Virus record (IMG/VR): IMGVR_UViG_2663762627_000003
From: a virus
Lineage: Duplodnaviria; Heunggongvirae; Uroviricota; Caudoviricetes
Reading direction: 5' to 3' (one strand)
DNA length: 5,233 bases
Shown here: piece by piece, positions 1-5,233 of the stretch
How positions within the stretch are numbered: position 1 is the first letter of the stretch
How the letters are laid out: each line of letters opens with the position of its first letter
Position numbers and translations under genes: made by a program
The notes under the pieces: model-generated
What the model was told of the DNA's origin: nothing
Databases searched by the model: none
What the model saw: the letters and a program-made list of their open reading frames with translations, nothing else

Positions 1-75
1 TACACTCTGCAGCTGAGCAGTTCCTCTAACTACGACAACCTGAACGGTTGGGCGNNGNNNGNGNNNNGACNGTAA
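1..75 (+). CDS. Possible 3' end of an unidentified upstream CDS, interrupted by ambiguous bases
   Basis: Frame 1 is open from the window edge (YTLQLSSSSNYDNLNGWA...) through the N-containing block to a TAA at 73-75. This 54-nt stretch is 29/54 G+C, unlike the AT-rich cargo to its right. No motif recognised; the N block prevents a clean reading. Confidence 0.2.
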   Translation, partial: YTLQLSSSSNYDNLNGWAXXXXXX

Positions 76-288
76 ATTATGACGGGAAACAATTTACGTA
101 TCCGGTTGCTGATGAGTGGCCGGGATTTTTACAAACAGAAATTGTTTTTGGGATTAATAAGTTATCTCTAAGCTAAGACGCTCAAAGCAAGAGATTATTT
201 TACTGTACGTAGCCATCTGGAATTGTGGCTGTGTTAAAACGCTCGAGATTTTTTGGATATCCAGTTATACTCCGCTTAGAAATCATTC

Positions 289-293
289 GGAGA
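289..293 (+). promoter_or_regulatory. Shine-Dalgarno sequence (GGAGA) for the methyltransferase gene
   Basis: GGAGA sits 5-6 nt upstream of the ATG at 299. No convincing -35/-10 pair could be identified by eye further upstream. Confidence 0.5.
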
Positions 294-298
294 CTAAG

Positions 299-1345
299 AT
301 GGCGGTAAAAGTTGTTGATCTTTTTTGCGGTGCTGGCGGTTTAACGCACGGCTTACATTTGGCCGGATTGGACGTTGTCGCAGGCATTGATTTAGAAGGT
401 GAGTGTCGTGTTGCATACGAAAGCAATAATGATGCACTTTTTATTGAAAAAGATATATCTCTGGTGACAAAAGATGAAATCGAAAATCTTTTTGAAGGGG
501 CAAGTGTTAAAGTATTGGCCGGATGTGCACCTTGTCAGCCATTTTCTAAATATACTCAGGGAAAAGATAAAAAAAATGATAAAAAGTGGCCGTTATTATA
601 TGAGTTTGAACGTTTAATAAAAGACACGAAACCAGAAATAGTTACAATGGAAAACGTTCCTGATGTGACAAAACATTCTGTCTATGATGATTTTTATAAT
701 ACCTTAATAGCATTGGGTTATTATGTTTGGGCAAATAAGATTGAATGTGTAGATTTTGAGGTTCCGCAAAACAGAGTGAGGCATGTATTACTCGCATCTA
801 AATTTGCGCCGATTTCTCTGATGAAACCACAAACATCGGTAAAGCTGACAGTTAGGGATTGCATTGGTAATTTACCTTCGATTGAAGCGGGACAAGCAGA
901 TCCAAAAGACCCTCTCCATAAGGCGAGTAGATTGAGTGAAATTAATCTCAAACGTATTCTACATTCAAAACCGGGGGGGACATGGAGGGATTGGCCTGCT
1001 GAATTAATCGCTTCATGTCATGCCAAGAAAAGTGGGCAGGGATATGCCAGTGTTTATGGTCGTATGTCTTGGGATAAACCGAGTCCAACGATAACTACAC
1101 TTTGTTATGGTTTTGGTAATGGACGTTTTGGTCATCCCGAGCAGCATCGTGCAATCTCACTTAGGGAAGCAGCATTACTTCAAACGTTTCCTGTTACATA
1201 TTCATTTACCCAACCGGGCGAGCCGATCAAAATGAAAAATGTCGGGCGTATGATAGGTAATGCTGTTCCTGTAAACTTAGGTAAAGCGATTGGTCTTTCA
1301 ATAGTACATCATTTGAAAGAGTTTCACCCCGCCGCTCTTAAATAA
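299..1345 (+). CDS. DNA (cytosine-5)-methyltransferase, Dcm/C5-MTase family, 348 aa
   Basis: Canonical C5-MTase motifs in the correct order: motif I DLFCGAGG (AdoMet binding, nt 323-340), motif IV GCAPCQPFS with catalytic Cys79 (codon 533-535), motif VI ENV (650-658), motif VIII QNRVR, motif X GNAVP near the C-terminus. The variable region between VIII and IX is consistent with a target-recognition domain. Confidence 0.9.
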   Translation: MAVKVVDLFCGAGGLTHGLHLAGLDVVAGIDLEGECRVAYESNNDALFIEKDISLVTKDEIENLFEGASVKVLAGCAPCQPFSKYTQGKDKKNDKKWPLLYEFERLIKDTKPEIVTMENVPDVTKHSVYDDFYNTLIALGYYVWANKIECVDFEVPQNRVRHVLLASKFAPISLMKPQTSVKLTVRDCIGNLPSIEAGQADPKDPLHKASRLSEINLKRILHSKPGGTWRDWPAELIASCHAKKSGQGYASVYGRMSWDKPSPTITTLCYGFGNGRFGHPEQHRAISLREAALLQTFPVTYSFTQPGEPIKMKNVGRMIGNAVPVNLGKAIGLSIVHHLKEFHPAALK

Positions 1346-2043
1346 GCCTGAGTATCAAGATAAGTTTGTATATTTTCAAGGATGCAGTTGAGATAATGAA
1401 AAACTTCATCCTTCATTTCTGTTAGTGTATCAATAGATGTATCTCTGCCTTTGTTTCTAAATGATTCAGAACCATGAGCAAGGTCGTTTCTGGCCTTTTT
1501 TATTGGAAGTAAATTGCAACCATTTCGCGTTATTTCTGAATCTGTATCTGCTGAGAAGCCATATTTTTCAGCGACTTCTCTAATTTTTCTAGCATCAACA
1601 TTTCCAGAAAATAACGGATTTTTATTTGATTGGATAAGTTTTTTGTGAGCGTTTAGCCACTCTTTAAATATAACTTTTGCAATGTTCCCTTGTGAGAAAT
1701 CTATTTTCCCATTTGGTGATTGTAAACTATGAAATGCTACTCTTGTAAGGTTTTCATTTACAGTGTCTGCACATAATGATTCATTAGACATTAAAACATT
1801 ATGAATGTCTTCTATTGCATTGGAAATGGTTGCTTCAATGAGATTGTACAATATAATAAATGCATTAGCCTTTAAAATATGAGTCATATCAATATCAATG
1901 GGTTGTTGTATAGGCGCATCGCTTGTATTCTCTTTATAGACTAGAGATGGTTTTTTGTTTATTAGTAACTGAATGAATGAGAAGTATTCATTAATATCTT
2001 GCATTCTTTCTTGGAAAAGAATTTTACTTGTCATCTCCTCCAT
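1324..2043 (-). CDS. HEPN-like protein (resembles MAE_28990/MAE_18760-type HEPN nuclease family), 239 aa
   Basis: C-terminal KKARNDLAHG contains an R-x4-H HEPN-type motif (R185 at codon 1489-1491, H190 at 1474-1476). The protein is predominantly helical in character and lies 10 nt downstream of, and co-oriented with, the DUF262 gene. A GAGG about 9 nt upstream of the ATG is a plausible RBS. The family call is from memory of motif pattern and is not verified by search. Confidence 0.6.
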   Translation of the reverse strand: MEEMTSKILFQERMQDINEYFSFIQLLINKKPSLVYKENTSDAPIQQPIDIDMTHILKANAFIILYNLIEATISNAIEDIHNVLMSNESLCADTVNENLTRVAFHSLQSPNGKIDFSQGNIAKVIFKEWLNAHKKLIQSNKNPLFSGNVDARKIREVAEKYGFSADTDSEITRNGCNLLPIKKARNDLAHGSESFRNKGRDTSIDTLTEMKDEVFHYLNCILENIQTYLDTQAYLRAAG

Positions 2044-2053
2044 TTACTTGGCC

Positions 2054-3199
2054 TCACTCCATATTTTCATCTTCATTTTCATCTTCGTCGACAATATTTT
2101 CTGGAATGTCTTTCCCAAGCAACTTGTTTTTTACATATTCAATGCGTGCTTTAACTTTGGGTTTAGAGTTGCTGGCATCTGAACGTGTGTGCGTGATAAA
2201 CTCTTTCGAGTTGATCCAGTCATCAATATTTTTAGGAACTAAATTGGGTTCTTCCTCTAGTGCTAATGTTGCACCGACGGCAAGAGCTTCGAAACGAATC
2301 CTAGGAACAGTGGTGGCGTTTTTCACCTTTCTGAAACCATTTGGGAAATGTGTATTAATGAATTGGCACATTTTATGAAATTTTTCCGCCAGCATAGCTG
2401 CGTTTTCATCTGTATATTCGGCATTTTTACGTTTTAAATAGGTTGTAAGAAATTCATCAACGCTTTTTCTGAAATCAAGATATTCTTCAGTGTAGGCAAA
2501 GTAGCGTAGTGCCAATTCTGGATATTCAGAGCGACGTTTTCTTGCATCTCCCAAAGGACAGATGCTATGAAATAGAGGATCTTCGGAAATTTCATTGATA
2601 AATGCAAGGAATGGCCCATCATGGCTACCTTGCCGTTGTTCCATTGTTGTTAGTTTTTTTCCGCCAGTATTCAGACGGTCAAAAATTTCCCTTCTTGTCT
2701 CTTCGTCACAATGTTCTGTAAGTTCAATCATTCGAATAGTTTTTCTATCAAAACGTAGGCGACGGGGAGTACTGAAATCAGAATATTTAAAACCATTGGC
2801 TGTGACTAATTTCTGCAGGCCTTCAAGAGTTAGTTTGTTATTGGTAAATTGGTGTAGGGTTCTTATTCGTTGGCTACCGTCAACAATTTCAAGTCTACCT
2901 TCATTTTCACCTGAACCAATATCGGCAACGAATATGTAAGGTATAGGAAGATTTAAAAGCAGAGATTCAATGAAACGGGATTTTTGCTTGTTGTTCCAGA
3001 TAAACTCCCTTTGGTAGTCAGGTATAAAAAGCTCTGCCTCATCTTCTTCAAGACCATTCTGAAATTTGTCCACAATAACACTTATCGGGAACTCACGTAT
3101 TTCATGGTCAGTGATTTTTTGCATTTCAACTATGCTTTGATCTAAAAGCTCCTTTTCTTCTTTAGTTTTTGGGGTATGTTCTGCTTTTTTTCTCGCCAT
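2054..3199 (-). CDS. DUF262 / ParB-like (GmrS-type DGQQR motif) domain protein, 381 aa
   Basis: N-terminal region has LFIPDYQREFIW (the YQR..W signature of DUF262) and EIVDGSQR (a DGQQR-type motif; codons 2867-2881). No His-Me/HNH (DUF1524-like) motif is recognisable in the C-terminal half. The protein ends in an acidic tail, DEDENEDENME. Confidence 0.85.
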   Translation of the reverse strand: MARKKAEHTPKTKEEKELLDQSIVEMQKITDHEIREFPISVIVDKFQNGLEEDEAELFIPDYQREFIWNNKQKSRFIESLLLNLPIPYIFVADIGSGENEGRLEIVDGSQRIRTLHQFTNNKLTLEGLQKLVTANGFKYSDFSTPRRLRFDRKTIRMIELTEHCDEETRREIFDRLNTGGKKLTTMEQRQGSHDGPFLAFINEISEDPLFHSICPLGDARKRRSEYPELALRYFAYTEEYLDFRKSVDEFLTTYLKRKNAEYTDENAAMLAEKFHKMCQFINTHFPNGFRKVKNATTVPRIRFEALAVGATLALEEEPNLVPKNIDDWINSKEFITHTRSDASNSKPKVKARIEYVKNKLLGKDIPENIVDEDENEDENME

Positions 3200-3220
3200 G
3201 AGCTTATTATCCTACTATGC

Positions 3221-3315
3221 GTGTGATTGCATTAAATTGCATGTTAAACAAAAGCATAATCTATATCAGTCAATCAGCCAGTGGCAAGGTGTTGTGATTA
3301 CAATGCAACTGCATT
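3221..3315. promoter_or_regulatory. Putative promoter/operator region of the DUF262-HEPN operon, with TTGCAT direct repeats and an AATGCA-N2-TGCATT inverted repeat
   Basis: TTGCAT occurs at 3227-3232 and 3237-3242, 10 bp apart. A perfect 6-bp-arm inverted repeat AATGCAacTGCATT lies at 3302-3315. Both segments are preceded by TGTGATT. They sit between cos and the start codon at 3199. Confidence 0.3.
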
Positions 3316-3338
3316 AGAACCGACTCATGAAGCGGGCG

Positions 3339-3357
3339 GGCGAGGCGGGGAAAGCAC
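3339..3357. other. cos: cos site: 19-nt cohesive-end sequence of P2/186/P4 type
   Basis: GGCGAGGCGGGGAAAGCAC matches the P2-family cohesive end as I recall it. Its position just downstream of the portal gene end is what is expected for P2 gene order (cos-Q-P). Confidence 0.65.
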
Positions 3358-3499
3358 TGCGCGCTGGCGGTGGTGCTGATTTTATTTTTTCAGCGTCTGA
3401 GCGCGTCGTGAAGGCGTTTACTTGGCCTGCTGGGGCGTTGGTGTGTCTGCGGGATTTTTTGTGCGGTGATGAGCGTGTGAGGGCGTGATGACGGGGTGT

Positions 3500-3521
3500 A
3501 AAAAAGCCGCCCGCAGGCGGC
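3500..3521 (-). terminator. Rho-independent terminator downstream of the portal gene
   Basis: On the minus strand, 5 nt after the Q stop codon, a 6-bp G/C stem (3516-3521 pairing with 3506-3511) with a 4-nt loop (3512-3515) is followed by a run of six U (3500-3505). Confidence 0.7.
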
Positions 3522-3526
3522 GATGT

Positions 3527-4561
3527 TCAGCCGTTGTCAGTGTCCAGTGAGTAGTTTTTAAAGCGGATGACCTCCTGACCGAGCCAGCCGTTTATCTCGC
3601 GGATCCTGTCCTGTAACGGGATAAGTTCATTGCGGACAAAGACCTTTGCCACTTTCTCAATATCACCCAGCGACCCGACGTTCTCCGGCTTGCCGCCCAT
3701 CAACTGAAAGGGGATGCGGTGTGCGTCCAGCAGGTCAGCGGCGCTGGCTTTTTTGATATTAAAAAAATCGTCCTTCGTCGCCACTTCACTGAGCGGGATA
3801 ATTTTAATGCCGTCGGCTTTCCCCTGTGGGGCATAGAGAAACAGGTTTTTAAAGTTGTTGCGGCCTTTCGACTTCACCATGTTTTCGCGGAGCATTTCGA
3901 TATCGTTGCGATCCTGCACGGCATCAGTGACGTACATGATATATCCGGCATGAGCGCCGTTTTCGTAATACTTGCGGCGGAACAGCGTGGCCGACTCATT
4001 CAGCCAGGCAGAATTAAGGGCGCTGAGATATTCCGGCAGACCGTACAGCTCCTGATTAATATCCGGCTCCAGCAGGTGAAACACGGAGCCGGGCGCGAAA
4101 GGTGTCGGCTCGTTAAAGGACGGCACCCACCAGTAAACATCCTCTTCCACACCACGGCGGGTATATTTTGCCGGTGAGGTTTCCAGTCTGATGACCTTAC
4201 CGGTGGTGCTGTAACGCTTTTCCAGAAACGCATTACCGAACACCAGAAAATCCAGCACAAAGCGGCTGAAATCCTGCTGGGAAAGCCACGGATGCGGGAT
4301 AAATGTCGAGGCCAGAATATTGCGTTTGACGTAAATCGGCGAGCTGTGATGCACGGCAGCACGCAGGCTTTTCGCCAGACCGGTAAAGCTGACCGGCGGC
4401 TCATACCATCTGCCGTTACTGATGCACTCGACGTAATCCAGAATGTCACGGCGGTCGAGTACCGGCACCGGCTCACCAAAGGTGAATGCCTCCATTTTCG
4501 GGGCGCTGGCGGTCATTTTTTTTGCCGCAGGTTGCGGTGTTTTCCCTTTTTTCTTGCTCAT
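3527..4561 (-). CDS. Q: Capsid portal protein, P2 gpQ-like, 344 aa
   Basis: Full-length ORF in a GC-rich backbone, with a lysine-rich N-terminus (MSKKKGKTPQPAAKK...). Length and sequence are consistent with my recollection of P2 gpQ. Its start overlaps the stop of the upstream terminase gene (ATGA), and it sits next to cos. Confidence 0.85.
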   Translation of the reverse strand: MSKKKGKTPQPAAKKMTASAPKMEAFTFGEPVPVLDRRDILDYVECISNGRWYEPPVSFTGLAKSLRAAVHHSSPIYVKRNILASTFIPHPWLSQQDFSRFVLDFLVFGNAFLEKRYSTTGKVIRLETSPAKYTRRGVEEDVYWWVPSFNEPTPFAPGSVFHLLEPDINQELYGLPEYLSALNSAWLNESATLFRRKYYENGAHAGYIMYVTDAVQDRNDIEMLRENMVKSKGRNNFKNLFLYAPQGKADGIKIIPLSEVATKDDFFNIKKASAADLLDAHRIPFQLMGGKPENVGSLGDIEKVAKVFVRNELIPLQDRIREINGWLGQEVIRFKNYSLDTDNG

Positions 4562-5233
4562 CAGTAAAACTCCAGAATGGTGGATGTCAGCGGGGTGCTG
4601 ATACCGGCGGTGAGTGGCTCATTTAACAGGGCGTGCATGGTCGCCCAGGCGAGGTCGGCGTGGCTGGCTTCCTCGCTGCGGCTGGCCTCATAGGTGGCGC
4701 TGCGTCCGCTGCTGGTCATGGTCTTGCGGATAGCCATAAACGAGCTGGTGATGTCGGTGGCGCTGACGTCATATTCCAGACAGCCACGGCGGATGACGTC
4801 TTTTGCCTTGAGCACCATTGCGGTTTTCATTTCCGGCGTGTAGCGGATGTCGCGCGCGGCGGGATAGAACGAGCGCACGAGCTGGAACACGCCGACACCG
4901 AGGCCGGTGGCATCAATACCGATGTATTCGACGTTGTATTTTTCGGTGAGTTTGCGGATGGATTCAGCCTGAGTGGCAAAGTCCATGCCTTTCCACTGGT
5001 GACGCTCAAGTATTCTGAATTTGCCACCGGCCACCACCGGCGGTGCCAGCACCACGCATCCGGCGCTGTCGCCACGGTGTGACGGGTCGTAACCAATCCA
5101 TACCGGGCGGGAGCCGAACGGATTTGCGGCAAACGGCGCATAGTCTTCCCATTCTTCCAGCGTGTCGACCATGCAGCGTTGCAGCTCCTCGAACGGGAAC
5201 ACCGACGCCTTGTCGTCAACAAATTCACACATG
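4561..5233 (-). CDS. P: Terminase large subunit, P2 gpP-like; C-terminal (nuclease-domain) portion only, 5' end lies beyond the window
   Basis: The reading frame is open to the window edge on the minus strand, so the Met at 5232 need not be the true start. Content includes an acidic GIDATGLG segment typical of terminase RNase-H-like nuclease domains. Position immediately upstream of, and translationally coupled to, the portal gene matches P2 P-Q order. Confidence 0.8.
   Translation of the reverse strand, partial: MCEFVDDKASVFPFEELQRCMVDTLEEWEDYAPFAANPFGSRPVWIGYDPSHRGDSAGCVVLAPPVVAGGKFRILERHQWKGMDFATQAESIRKLTEKYNVEYIGIDATGLGVGVFQLVRSFYPAARDIRYTPEMKTAMVLKAKDVIRRGCLEYDVSATDITSSFMAIRKTMTSSGRSATYEASRSEEASHADLAWATMHALLNEPLTAGISTPLTSTILEFY

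Larger units (their letters stand above)
76..3338. other. AT-rich accessory cargo island inserted next to cos in a P2-like genome
   Basis: Composition changes abruptly at about 3338/3339: a sampled 60-nt stretch at 1381-1440 is 19/60 G+C, against 34/60 for 4561-4620. The content (MTase, DUF262, HEPN) is unrelated to phage morphogenesis. Confidence 0.6.
3339..5233 (-). mobile_element. P2-like (Peduovirus-type) phage/prophage backbone: cos plus packaging module (Q, P)
   Basis: Gene order terminase then portal, transcribed toward cos, together with the P2-type cohesive-end sequence and GC-rich composition distinct from the adjacent cargo. Confidence 0.8.

Noticed and set aside
99-130. Hairpin-like ATCCGG...CCGGGAT followed by a T run, a possible terminator of an upstream gene
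   Set aside because: The stem is short and imperfect (bulged) and the loop is about 14 nt. Too weak to call.
79-171. Small 30-aa plus-strand ORF (MTGNNLRIRLL...) upstream of the methyltransferase
   Set aside because: No Shine-Dalgarno sequence and no recognisable motif. It begins immediately after the ambiguous-base block, so the start context is unreliable.
200-298. Promoter for the methyltransferase gene
   Set aside because: Several weak -10-like hexamers (for example TATACT at 266-271) but no properly spaced -35 partner could be found by eye. Not called.
721-951. 76-aa minus-strand ORF inside the methyltransferase gene
   Set aside because: Fully antisense to a well-supported CDS with clear family motifs. 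Short, no RBS, no recognisable domain.
1973-2378. Plus-strand ORFs of 69 and 116 aa across the HEPN/DUF262 junction
   Set aside because: Antisense to two motif-supported genes. Low-complexity Ser/Phe-rich translations typical of the reverse strand of AT-rich coding DNA.
2434-2939. ORFs of 62 aa (minus) and 114 aa (plus) inside the DUF262 gene
   Set aside because: Out-of-frame or antisense overlaps of the DUF262 CDS, with no motifs or start signals.
2054-3199. Calling the DUF262 protein a GmrSD-type type IV restriction enzyme or a DndB-like protein
   Set aside because: No DUF1524/His-Me finger motif is recognisable in the C-terminal half. The motif pattern (YQR..W plus DGSQR) fits generic DUF262 rather than the DndB DGQHR subtype. 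It is left as a DUF262-domain protein of unknown specificity.
3719-4567. ORFs of 152 aa (+), 159 aa (-) and 91 aa (+) inside the portal gene
   Set aside because: GC-rich coding DNA commonly yields long spurious alternative-frame ORFs. All are contained within the well-supported portal CDS.
4633-5228. ORFs of 149 aa (+) and 133 aa (-) inside the terminase gene
   Set aside because: Same reasoning: alternative-frame or antisense ORFs in GC-rich terminase coding sequence, Arg/Ala-rich and low-complexity.
1-5233. CRISPR arrays, tRNA/rRNA genes, insertion sequences or integrase/attachment sites
   Set aside because: No regularly spaced direct repeats, tRNA-like structures, terminal inverted repeats or recombinase ORFs were seen in the window.

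Overview
This window appears to span the cos-proximal end of a P2-like (Peduovirus-type) prophage or phage genome. The GC-rich right part (about 3339-5233) carries, on the minus strand, the 3' portion of the large terminase gene (P2 gpP-like) and the complete portal gene (P2 gpQ-like), followed by an intrinsic terminator and a 19-nt sequence matching the P2/186/P4 cohesive end as I recall it (GGCGAGGCGGGGAAAGCAC, 3339-3357). Directly beyond cos the composition switches to AT-rich DNA (about 76-3338), which looks like an accessory cargo island. The cargo holds three genes: an intact C5-cytosine DNA methyltransferase (299-1345, +) and, convergent to it, a two-gene minus-strand operon encoding a DUF262/ParB-like protein (2054-3199) and a HEPN-like protein with an Rx4H motif (1324-2043). 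The DUF262 plus HEPN pair, possibly together with the methyltransferase, is the best candidate here for an uncharacterised anti-phage or modification-linked system. All family assignments rest on motifs read by eye; no database search was run. Positions 55-71 are ambiguous bases that fall at the left edge of the cargo island.
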